Origin: Geosiphon pyriformis uo1
Lineage: Eukaryota > Fungi > Glomeromycota
Length of the DNA: 64,000 bases
Direction of reading: 5' to 3'
NCBI GenBank assembly: GCA_016748015.1
Contig: JAAOMT010000301.1
Location: forward strand, 1 to 64,000
Shown: in pieces, positions 1 through 10,659 of the stretch
How the letters are laid out: each line of letters opens with the position of its first letter
Position numbering within the stretch: the first letter of the stretch is position 1
The notes under the pieces: model-generated
Seen by the model: only the letters and a program-made list of their open reading frames with translations
What the model was told of the DNA's origin: nothing
Database searches by the model: none
Translations under genes and position numbers: made by a program

Positions 1-183
1 ATATTTCAGAACTATCTAGAAATACTGTTACACTCTGACATGAAAACTATAACCATTAACCAATAGGGAAGAATGAACAATATACAAATAGAAAACATGA
101 AAAATAAAGTCAAACAAACAATACTAGAAAAAGAAGTATTAGAGCTAATTCAGAATGAAGATTTTGACAGAGCTCAATATTAA
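1..183 (+). pseudogene. C-terminal part of family-B ORF3 (post-integrase ORF), truncated by window start
   Basis: Frame 1 reads IFQNYLEILLHSDMKTITINQ*GRMNN...EDFDRAQY*; identical to the reverse complement of 27311-27493; followed by PPT and LTR. Confidence 0.8.
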
Positions 184-197
184 AAAGGAGGAGATAA
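160..197 (+). promoter_or_regulatory. Pre-PPT conserved motif plus polypurine tract of family-B element
   Basis: GATTTTGACAGAGCTCAATA then AAAAAGGAGGAGATAA immediately before the LTR start at 198. Confidence 0.8.
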
Positions 198-456
198 TAT
201 TACTCATAAAAAAAAAACCAGATATAGGGAGAATAGTAGACCAATGAGTGAATAGTATGTAACACATGAGCACATTGCTCAGCAATGTAGAGCAATGATA
301 GAAATCATGGCACATTGCTTAACAATATGAAGCAATATCAGAAAACATAGCACATTGCTTAACAATGTGGAGCAATGTTAGAAAATTAGAACACATTGCT
401 CAGCAATGTAAGCATTGCTCAAGAAATTATAGCACATTGCTCGGAAATGTGAACGA
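198..456 (+). repeat. Family-B 3' LTR, first part (interrupted by element A)
   Basis: Starts TATTACTCAT (TG>TA); homologous to the reverse complement of the LTRs at 25436-27296 and 45234-46117; resumes at 10036. Confidence 0.9.
271..451 (+). repeat. ~40-bp tandem array (about 4.5 units) with palindromic core ACATTGCT-C-AGCAATGT in family-B U3
   Basis: Units start at 271, 311, 351, 392, 433; also present at ~27045-27225, ~45865-46050 and ~56310-56450. Confidence 0.85.
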
Positions 457-1187
457 TGTTATGGGATGGTTTTCTTGTTATATTTAATTGCTGATATCCC
501 GCTTTAATTGCAATCAGTCTTTCGTGAGTTCCTCAATTCTATTTGTGTGATAATGTCACTGTTACACTGAAGGCTTTCTTTTTACTGTTGCAATATAAGT
601 TATTCTTTAATTCTTGATTGTTGTGTGTGTTTATGTACTCCTTCTCAGAGGCTGAACTGAAATCTACCCACTGTCTGGGGTCTTCTCTNNNNNNNNNNNN
701 NNNNNNNNTTGATGAATGATAGTTTCATTCAATAAATAATACAAGTAAGTTTCTTAATACTTTGGGTTGTGATAGTTCCGTTTTAAATATTCTTTTTCAT
801 TTCTTTTTGATTTTTAAAGGTTTCTTGAGATATTTAATTTGAAAGTATGATTTAAAGTAGAGTTTGTTGGATAAAATTAGATCTGTTGCTTGATAAGTTA
901 TGATTTTTATTATTTGATTAATTATTTCCCAATATTAAAACTACTGTATATATACATGTTTGTAGTTTTACGAGAAAATACTTTCTTTTTGATATTTCAA
1001 TCTGGTGTTTGTTGCTATCACCAGTTGGTGTTGGCTGCTATTGTGAACTGGTGCTTGCCACTATCACGAGATGGTGTTTGCTACTATGTTAATTATTACT
1101 TTTCTAAGATTATTACTGTGCTATATTATGATTGAATAGTTTGTATTATTTTTATGATTTTTTTTGCTAAATTCTTAAACTGTAACA
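457..1187 (-). repeat. Element A 3' LTR (contains a 20-N gap)
   Basis: TGTTATGG...TGTAACA; PPT (GAAAGGAGGGGATAA on - strand) at 1188-1202; 709-1187 matches 9553-10031. Confidence 0.9.
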
Positions 1188-1200
1188 TTATCCCCTCCTT

Positions 1201-1869
1201 TCAAGATTGAGCTCCGTCGAAATCGAAGTTAATTTCTTCATTAAATTCTAAGTTACTATAGTGGTTCAATACTGTGTTATTAATTTGTTATTGTAATTTT
1301 TGAAATTGCGAGTTGGTAAGTCGTCCAATACTGTTGGTTGTTATTATGTTCATGGTTGGGTCCAACAATAATTTGTGACAGTTTTCAAATGCTTTGAAAA
1401 TTCTGTAAACTGTTTTTGAATGGAATGTAGTGTTGGTTTTTCCAATGAAAGATTCTAATAGTTAGATAGTTGTTTTGTCAAACACTCTAGTTGAGTCTTT
1501 TGAGTATAATGTTTGTATGTTCAAGTGCTTTCCTAGTTGATAATAACAGTAATTAATTGGAAATTTCGTTTTCAAGTTGCTAAATGTGTCTGGTGTTAAT
1601 TCACTTATTTCTATTTCTTCCATTATTAATGTATTGCCCAATGCTATCTCTAATTTTTCAATAACTTTGCTAATAAATTTGTTGTTATATTTGGCAATAT
1701 TATATGATTCGAAATTATGTTCTTTTCTTGTTTTTGGATTTTCTATTGTTCTTTTTATGTATGTTATTTTGGAGCTATTAACTGTGATTTCTAGATCGGA
1801 TTTTAATTGTTGTAAGCTTTCAACTAATTGTTAAGTTATATTGTTGATGTTTTCTGGAATAAGTATTAT
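1201..1869 (-). pseudogene. Element A ORF3 (env-position accessory ORF, with in-frame stops)
   Basis: IPENINNIT*QLVESL...PINYCYYQLGKHL...VYRIFKAF...SIGRLTNSQFQKLQ*QINNTVLNHY...DFDGAQS*; aligns by eye with 39724-40431. Confidence 0.75.
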
Positions 1870-1953
1870 TGTTTTAATTTTGACTGTTATTTTGGAATCT
1901 TTTGCATGCGTTTTTATGGTTGTTAAATCATTTTTGCTGTGATCTAAGATTAA

Positions 1954-3333
1954 TTATCTTTTTGAATAATGTTCAATTAAAACTATTGGTTCTAAATCTT
2001 GTGGAATTTGTTCTGGTAGAATTAAAGGTAATTGTGTTCCAATTTTGGGTGTTTTTGTTGTTATTACTGGTTTACTGTAATAGAATTTCAGCTGGTTACC
2101 ATGTGCTGCTTTTCTTAATATTTTATCATCTAGTCTTAGCTTGTATGCTCCATTTCCAAGTATTTCGTGAATATAAAATGGTCCATCCCACTTGTGATCA
2201 AATTTTCCACTCCACTGTTTTTCTATTTTTGTACGATGCAACAATACTTTATCTCCAATTTTGTAGCTAATTATATTATCTGGTAACTGGTTATCATGTC
2301 TCACTTTTTGTTGTTCTTGTGATTGTTCAATATTTTGTGCTGCTTTTCTTCTTTTGTTTTCTAAAGTTCCCATTAATTTGTATGTTCTTCTAAGTAGTGT
2401 TTCCTAGAATGTTGCTTCCATGATAGTGTCACTTGGATAAGTTGAGATAGTAAGTTCAATGGGTAATGTGGCTTTTCTTCCATAAACTAGTTCAAACGGT
2501 GTGAATTGTGTAGTATCTTGTTTTACTGTTCTATATGCTAGTAGTACTGCTGGTATGAACAAATCCCATTCTTTTTCATGTTCGTTACTAATTTTCGCCA
2601 GTAATTCACATAATGTGCAATTAAATCTTTCAACTAATCCATTTGTTTAAGGGTGGTATGGTGATAACAGTGGTCACTTGATTCCAAATTTTTGGCTAAG
2701 TTCTTTTAAGGTACTGTTTACAAAGTGTGTGCCTTGATCTGATAGCAATTCTTGTGGACATCCATGTCAGCAAATTAAGTCTTCATGTACGAATTGAGCT
2801 ACGGAAATAGCATCAGCTGTTTTAATAGCTCTAGCTTCTGGCCATTTGGTGAGATAGTCCATGGCTACTGCAATATAACGGTTGTTTCTTGTTGTTATTG
2901 GTAAGGGTCCAACTAAATCAATTCCAATTCTGTCAAATGGCTGTCCAACTTTTATTGGTCTTAATAATTCCATTGTTTTTGCTCCTCCTTTTTGTTGGCA
3001 TGGGTCACAATTTCTTATGTATTGGATTATGTCTAAACTCATTTTTGGCCAATAGTAACGGCTAGTTGCATGTTGGATAGTTGCTGTTTTTCCAAAGTGG
3101 CCTGAATGAATATCTGAGTGCATGTTAAATAAGATAGTTTCTTTTTTATCTGTGGTTATAACTCTTAATGGATTATCTGGATTTTGTCGATTCCAGTAAT
3201 AAAGTATGTGATTTTGGATGAAATAGTGTTTTGCTAATTTTTGGAGCTTAATTAGCTCTTTTACTGGCATTTCTTCGTCTATTTGTAGTGTTTCCAAGTA
3301 TTGGCTGAGGTTTTTGTAAAGATAGTTGTTCAT
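1954..3333 (-). pseudogene. Element A integrase (stand-alone ORF)
   Basis: Own ATG (MNNYLY); HHCC (H..HSGHFG...CDPC), IGIDLVGP, SDQG, GLVERFN, GPF/SH3-like tail WDGPFY; no chromodomain; premature stops. Confidence 0.92.
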
Positions 3334-3362
3334 TGTTGTTGTGGTGGGTGGGTTGGTAATTT

Positions 3363-4720
3363 TTATGTGTGTTTCATTCTTGACAAACAGTCGGCATTAG
3401 CATTTTTTGTACCTTCTTTGTATTTGATAATATAATCGTATGGTGCTAACGTTTGTGACCATCTGGTGTATTTTCCTTTTAGCGCTTTCTTGTTATTTAA
3501 CCAGACCAGACCTCTATGATCTGTCGTAATCTCAAAGGGTTGGTACCGTAAATATGTGTCAAAGTGAACACAACTCCAGACTACTGCTAAGCATTTAAGT
3601 TCATGTGCTGCGTAGTTTTGTTCTGCCGTACTGAGACTTCTGCTGGCATAAGCGATTACATGTTCTCTTCCATTATCATCTTTTTGTGACAGAATGGCTC
3701 CAAGTCCAGTTCCAGAGGCATCTGTGGCCAAAATGAATTTCTTGTTAAAATTCGGATAGATCATTATTGGTGATTCAATGAGCTTTTGTCTAAGGTACTC
3801 AAAAGCTTTTTGTTGTGCTTCAGTCCATTCAAACTTCACATTTTTAGATAGTAGGTAATTAAGGGGTTTGGCGATGTTTGAAAAGTTTTCTACAAAGCGG
3901 GGGTAATAAAATGCAAGTCCTAAAAAACTTCTAACTTCTGAAACGTTTCGAGGTACTGAAAAATTTTTCACTTTGTCTATTTTTGATGGATCTGGTTTTA
4001 TTCCATCTTTTCCAACTACGTGTCCTAAAAATGCTAGCTCATTTTTCCCAAAGAAACATTTTTCTAGATTTAGTTTAAGTTCAATGTGTCTCAATCTCTC
4101 AAAAACTTGTTGTAAATGTTGGAGATGATCCGTGAATTTTAACAAGAAAACATTTGTATCATCCAAGTAGACAACAATGGATTGCCACAGGATTCCGGAG
4201 TAAATTACGTCCATTAGTCTTTAGAATGTCGCGGGAGCATTTGTTAATCCAAATGGCATTACATTGAACTCATAATTGCCATTTTGTGTTGTGAATGCTG
4301 TTTTATGCCTGTTTTTTGGGTCCATTTCCACTTGCCAGTACCCACTGGTCAAGTCCAGTGTAGAAAACCATTTTGCTCCTTCAAAAATGTCGAAGATTTC
4401 GTCAATTAACAGTATTGGGTATGAGTCTTTGGTTGTTTTGCTGTTTAGTTTGCGATAGTCGACGCAAAATCTAATTTTTCCATTCTTTTTCCTTACTAAA
4501 ACAACGTGTGAAGACCATGGGCTCATTGATGGTTGTATTATTCCTTTTTCCAACATGCTTTGGACTTCTTCTCTGATAAAATTATGCTCCATTGGTGGAA
4601 CACGGTAAGCGCATTGTTTTTCAGGTCTGGCGTCTCCAGTGGAAATTTGGTGTTGAACCAAGTTGGTTCTTCCAAATTCGCCATTTCTTGAAAATATATC
4701 AGAGTATTTTAAAATTAATG
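3363..4720 (-). pseudogene. Element A reverse transcriptase and RNase H
   Basis: RFCVDYRKLN, MPFGLTNAPATF, VYLDD, ATDASG, YASRSL, ITTDH, NANADCLSR. Confidence 0.95.
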
Positions 4721-5195
4721 CTTTTAATTGTCACTGTTGGTCAGGATCCATTGTTCCAATGTTTAATTTGGCCAATTCTTTTGGCGTAAATTGATAGCAT
4801 TCTACCAGTTGTTGCCAATTTATTGAAGTGAGTTCACAGTAGAGGGCAATTTCTGGAAAATTTAGAATTTCTTGTGGTGTTGATGCATTTTCTAGCTCTG
4901 TTCCGAGGTATCCAATAATGGTATCTTCCAGAATGTAGACGGGTTCTTCTGTGGTGTTTGCGATAGGAATTTTTATCCATTGAGCTTTATCAGCTGGAAT
5001 AAAAAGGTTAGTAAGTCCTATGAGAAACTGTTGGCAAGTTTCTGGGTAGAGCTCAAATATTAGATTTTTTTCTTTAATTGTCCTTTTTATTCTTATTTCT
5101 GATTTTCCATATGGTAGGAGCGTGATGGACTGCTCATTTTTAATTACTTCGCCTTTTTCCTCTATTGTTTCAGCGAAATTCGCTTCAATTCCTTT

Positions 5196-5620
5196 TCCTA
5201 TCGATCTGAAACCAAAAGTTCCTCTCGTTGTTTGTGACAATTCCTCACAATTTTCCACTGACACGAATTTTCCAATTTTTACCAATGGTAAGAAAATTGC
5301 TTGTGCAATCTTTTCCTTAGATTCAATGGTATAAGGCTTTTCTGAATTGTTCTGTAGCAAAACCATCAAATTTCCAGTGTATCCAGAGTCAATTACTCCT
5401 CCTTAAATGCTTATTCTTTTTTTTGTGAGGCTTGATCATGACGCCATTTGAACCATTATTCCTGGCAGAATTTCAACTGCTATTTTTAGGTCGATTTTGG
5501 TGATGCTCCTGGGTGGTAACGTTGTGGATTGGTCTTCCGGATAACGTAGATCGAATCCGGCATCAGTTGGATGGGCTCTTTCAGGTATTATTCCTAAGTG
5601 CCCGTTGTCGAAGTATCGGA
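5196..5620 (-). pseudogene. dUTPase domain in element A pol
   Basis: Trimeric dUTPase motifs I-V: DAGFDL, AS*SS (RSS), GVIDSGYTG, IAQAI, RGTFGFRSIG. Confidence 0.9.
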
Positions 5621-5759
5621 TGTCAGTCATCTGTTCTAGGTTAGTATAGACTACAAATTTTTCTGACTTGGAACCATCAGATGAGTCTTGTTGATTTATT
5701 GATTGATTTTGAGACTGCTGATTCTCAATTTCCATTTTTCTTTCTAAGTCCCTTTCGTC

Positions 5760-8700
5760 TTGACACTCTTCACAGCACTGATTTTGGCATGGAATGAGAC
5801 AGTTTTCGCAGAGGTAAGTGTTGATTTGGGCGAGGTATTATTCTTGCTCTTGTCAAGTGGAGCATAGTTGTTGGTAGTAGTCCTGGAATTTGTCCACTGG
5901 GTCGAACATGTTGTAGCTGGCAACTTTGTCGGCTACTTCGGCTGACTCTTTCCAACGTTGTATTTCTTCGGCGGTTCCTCCTCTTACTTTGGCTTGTGTG
6001 GTGTTGTACAACTCGTCCTCGTCATGTGGATAGTGCTGTAGTCTTTTTAACGCTCTGTTGAACGCTGCTTTGAACAGCGTTCCTCCTCTTACCCAGTCAC
6101 AGATGAGGATCGTGTATTGGCAAGTTGCGTCACACGTTCCTCCTCTGTCTGATAAGTCGTTCCAGTTGCACCCTTTTGGTAACGGTTCTCCACAAGTGAG
6201 GCACAGTTCCTCATCCCATTTTCCGTGTCTTTCTGGGTAACCGTATTTTTCTTTGTTACAATGGTTACAATAGTAGTGGGTGGGGTTTCTTGGGTCTTTG
6301 TCTGGTGTGCTGCACGCAGTCATAGACGAAAGTTTCTTCTTGCAAACCGAGCATTCTAGCTTTGGTCTGCGTCACTGGTGGTTTCTTTGTAAACTTACCT
6401 GGTTCTATTCAGATCTTTCTTCGCTGGTCCACATTGGTACGGCTGGTAGCCTGTTCTTTGGTCATCAGCCCAAGAGAGCTGATAGGTTTCGATGGCTGGT
6501 AGTGCTGGATTTTCCTCAAATTCGAAGATAGGTCTTTGGTTGGCGCTGGGTTTTTGGAAGTGGCCACAGGTGGCTGGAATTTTGGCCTGGTGGCCATTAT
6601 AATTGAATAGAAGCTCTTGGGTGGTCCAGTCTAGGGTGGCATTGGCTTTTGTTAGCCAGTCATTCCCTACTAACACTTGATATTGTGTAGCATCCATTAC
6701 TAATACTTTTGTAGGTATTACTATGCCGTTAATTTCGAAAGGGAATGAGTCGATTTTGCCATGAGGCAGCTTTGTACTTCCATTGGCTGTTATGATTTGG
6801 GACATCGCAGCACAATCAACTTTGAAACCCAGTTGGTTTACTAGTTGAAGCATTACGATGCTTCCAGCGGATCCGCTGTCTAAGATAAGTTTGATTGGGG
6901 TATTGTTTACAGTGGCTTCCGTATATATAGTAGTGATTGGGCGTTTTTCGTCCAATGCTGCTCTACTGAACATAGCCTCGTTTTCCTCTAATTCAAAAAG
7001 AAAAATAGCTGTGAGACTGCTATCTTCGGTGGCAACTACTGGTGATATTGTCTGGCTCAATTTGGAGGAATTCTTGGTTCTGTTTATGTTTCTACCGTCA
7101 TTGTTTCCGATGATCAGGTTTTCTGGTATATTAAGGTAAGTTTGTTGATAATTTTGGTAGTTTGGATTGGTTTGCTGATTGGTTCCAGCGCAGTTTGGAT
7201 TCCTCTGGACCAACACGTTTTGGTTCCACATGGGCTGATTTCGGGTCTCAGGATGCCAATTCGGGTTGGCTATCATGGGCTGTTGCTGGTAAGCTCCTTG
7301 ATTTTGATACGTGGTGGGATATTGGCATGGTATTGGCGTGTACTGGTTTCTGGGCATTTGGGGTGGCGCGTAGTAATTATTTTTGCATGCTTCTTGCATC
7401 ATTCGCGTTCGACATTGACTAATCAAATGTCCTACGCGTTTGCAAAAATGGCAGGCGCATGTTTCTGTTCTGAATTCCTGGCGTGACGAGCGATTATTTC
7501 AACTGTTGCTGACTTCCTGGCTGTGTCTTTGGGGTGGTTGGTATGTATTTTTTCTCAGATCCAGGATGAGGTAACTTTCTATTTTCTTAGAGAGTTCCTC
7601 CCCTAATTGCGTTACTCTTTTCTCTAATGTTTCTGTCTTATTTTCCTCTATTACCATGTTAACCATTTGACTATGGTTAGCTTCTTTCTCAGCCGATTCA
7701 AGGGCTCTGGCGAGCGTAACGGCTTCTGGTAAGGAATTAGGGTGGGCAGGGTGTACTCTTCCTAAAATGCTGCTTTTTAATCCTCTAATAAACTGATTTA
7801 AAACCTGAGGATCAGTGTAGTATCCTTGTTCAATCGCTTCAATCTGACGGCGAATTCGATTGAATCGAGCAAGGTATTGAGTGACAGTTTCACCAGTATT
7901 TTGCTTGATAGTATTGAATTTGTTCTGTAGTTGGATTATGGCATTTGGGTCGCTAAAATACTCCAGGAGTGCATTTTTAAATTCGGTGAAGCTCGTGGGT
8001 TTTGTTTCCAGGCTTTGATACCACGAGTCGGCTGTGCCTTTCAGGAAGAAAGGTAATGTTTGAATTGCTTTTTGGTCGTTCCAGTTATTTGCCTGGATGG
8101 CTTTTTGTGCTTCTCTGAGCCATGTGTGCACATCCATTTCTTCTTCCTCTCCTGAGAAATCTGTTAGTTTTGCAATGTATGGTGTGGTCATTTTGTTGCT
8201 GTTTTCTGCTGGTGGGTTTATTGGTTTAAGAGGAGATGGGATGATATTTCCTTGAGCGTTCCTAAAGGTGGCTTCCTTTATATCTGGTTCTTCCTCTTGA
8301 TTATGAGTTTCTTGGTTTCTGGACTGGCTGCTTGTTCTAGTGACTGGTCTTGTGATTGTTTTTTCGCTGGTCTCTTTTTCAGATTCCGATTCAGACTTCT
8401 CTTCACGGTTTTCAAACCCCGTTCTAAATTTTGGCTGAAAAAGAGAGTTTTGGAATAGTGATGAATATCCTCCTGTAATTGGTATGTCTTCCCAGTTACG
8501 TTGTTTAATTTTATCAATATAACTAGGAGTTTTTGGCGTTTGTGGAGTTGATGTTGATGATGATGCAGCTCCTAATGGAATTTGTATCTTATTTTCTGGT
8601 AAAAAATGATATGATTTATCTTCTGGTGAATAAATACGTTGTTTCTTTATTGATTGAGTGACAGTTTTCTTTGGCATTTGAGCTGGTGTTCCTAGTTTTT

Positions 8701-9070
8701 GCTGGTTACTTTCCTGATTAGTTTCTAAATTTTCTTTGGTTTTGTTGGCGTATTCCCTAGTGTTTCCTGTGAATATTGGAAAATTTTCGTTGGCGTATTG
8801 CTCAATTTCTTGATGGATTTTGACAATAGTTGCAGCTATTACTGCTACTTCTTTTGTAGTGTATTGTGATAATTCTCTATACAATCCAAGTTTTGCATCG
8901 TGTGGTTCTTCTTCCTTTCTTATATGATAATTTATTCTGGTGTTGATATAATAAGTGAGGGCAGATTCTGCTGGACAACACCCTTCTGGTAATCCAAGAT
9001 CACTTTGATTTTGTGTGTAAATAGCATGGCAGAATTCAAGAACAGTAAGATTAGGGGTTTTTGTTGCCAC
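5760..9070 (-). pseudogene. Element A gag (GTG start, capsid, CCHC knuckle), aspartic protease and Cys-rich domain
   Basis: Capsid-like region from MTTPYIAKLTDFSG; CHFCKRVGHLISQC at 7412-7453; LILDSGSAGS and LVGNDWL; several CxxC pairs at 5760-6360; gag and PR in one frame. Confidence 0.9.
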
Positions 9071-9513
9071 TTTTGTCTTTTCTTTTTTAGCAATGAATTA
9101 TTGCTAATTATTATTTCCTTTTTNNNNNNNNNNNNNNNNNNNNTGGCGTATTGCTCAATTTCTTGATGGATTTTGACAATAGTTGTGGCTATTACTGCTA
9201 CTTTTTTTGTAGTGTATTGTGATAATTCTCTATACAATCCAAGTTTTGCATCGTGTGGTTCTTCTTCCTTTCCTATATGATAATTTATTCTGGCATTGAT
9301 ATAATAAGTGAGGGCAGATTCTGCTGGACAACACCCTTCTGGTAATCCAAGATCACTTTAATTTTGTGTGTAAATAGCATGGCAGAATTCAAGAACAGTA
9401 AGATTAGGGGTTTTTGTCGCCACTTTTGTCTTTTCTTTTTTAGCAATGAATTATTGCTAATTATTATTTCCTTTTTTTTTTTTTTTTCTCGTANNNNNNN
9501 NNNNNNNNNNNNN

Positions 9514-10031
9514 AATAATCTTGATCAAGGATTATTCTTCCAAGAGATTCAGTTGATGAATGATAGTTTCATTCAATAAATAATACAAGTAAGTTTCTTA
9601 ATACTTTGGGTTGTGATAGTTCCGTTTTAAATATTCTTTTTCATTTCTTTTTGATTTTTAAAGGTTTCTTGGGATATTTAATTTGAAAGTATGATTTAAA
9701 GTGGAGTTTGTTGGATAAAATTGGATCTGTTGCTTGATAAGTTATGATTTTTATTACTTGATTGATTATTTCTCAATATTAAAACTACTGTATATATACA
9801 TGTTTGTAGTTCTACGAGAAAATACTTTCTTTTTGATATTTCAACCTGGTGTTTGCTGCTATCACCAGTTGGTATTGGCTGCTATTGTGAACTGATGCTT
9901 GCCATTATTGCGAGATGGTGTTTGCTACTATATTAATCATTACCTTTCTAAGATTATTACTGTGCTATATTATGATTGAATAGTTTGTATTATTTTTATG
10001 ATTCTTTTTGCTAAATTCTTAAACCATAACA
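9514..10031 (-). repeat. Element A 5' LTR (partial; remainder and PBS lost in gap)
   Basis: Direct repeat of 709-1187, ends CATAACA. Confidence 0.88.
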
Positions 10032-10035
10032 ACGA

Positions 10036-10659
10036 TCTCATAGAACATTAATTATGTATATATAACAGTAGTGTTAAAAATAGAAAGATAAAAATTTTTA
10101 GTTGGAAATCTTCCATTCACAAATATTAAATAAATAAATCATTCACTATCCAAATCCACTCTTCATTATCAACACTTTATGTTGATAGTAATTAATATCT
10201 AATCACGCTAGAACAATAGCTCTTGATTATGGCTATTGACAAGATACTAACATGTATATCGCCTTGGCTTTTTTCTTTATTTTCTTTTACTCTTTTTTTT
10301 TTTGATTTTTACTGTCATATATTAATTGATTAAGGATTAAAGTGCTGAGTAATTGACATCATAGATAGCCTGATAAAAGACCCAGAAATAAGGGTAAAAT
10401 TATATATATATTAACAGATAGCTTACCAGAAGGGCACAACTGCCAGAATAAACTGGCCACCAAGCTGAAAACAGAAATTGGGAACACAACTCACCAACCA
10501 ACTACATCATTATTGAATTTCTGTTCATTATACAAAGGACTCAACTCTAAAACTTTTAGATACAACCAACATACCAGTATCATCAGCATTGTCAAGATAT
10601 TGAGCACCAAGTTACGGATTTGTTATTTGATTTAAGACTCCAAATAATCATTTGTAACA
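10036..10659 (+). repeat. Family-B 3' LTR, second part
   Basis: Continues 198-456 after the TSD; ends AATAATCATTTGTAACA; flank CAGT (ACTG on - strand). Confidence 0.9.

Larger units (their letters stand above)
457..10031 (-). mobile_element. Ty3/Gypsy-type LTR retrotransposon A (near full length, decayed, dUTPase-containing)
   Basis: TG...CA LTRs at both ends; TSD ACGA at 453-456 and 10032-10035; order gag-PR-Cys-rich-dUTPase-RT-RH, then IN, then ORF3. Confidence 0.95.

Noticed and set aside
271-451. CRISPR-like palindromic repeat/spacer pattern
   Set aside because: The spacers are themselves repeats, the array recurs in every B LTR, there are no cas genes and the context is eukaryotic
1954-2100. 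Chromodomain at the integrase C-terminus
   Set aside because: The tail after the GPF/SH3-like module is short and lacks chromodomain aromatic motifs in A, C and D
1577-2270. Hydrophobic antisense ORFs, here and opposite other gag/pol regions, as membrane or Env proteins
   Set aside because: Expected shadow of an A-rich sense strand; not conserved between families
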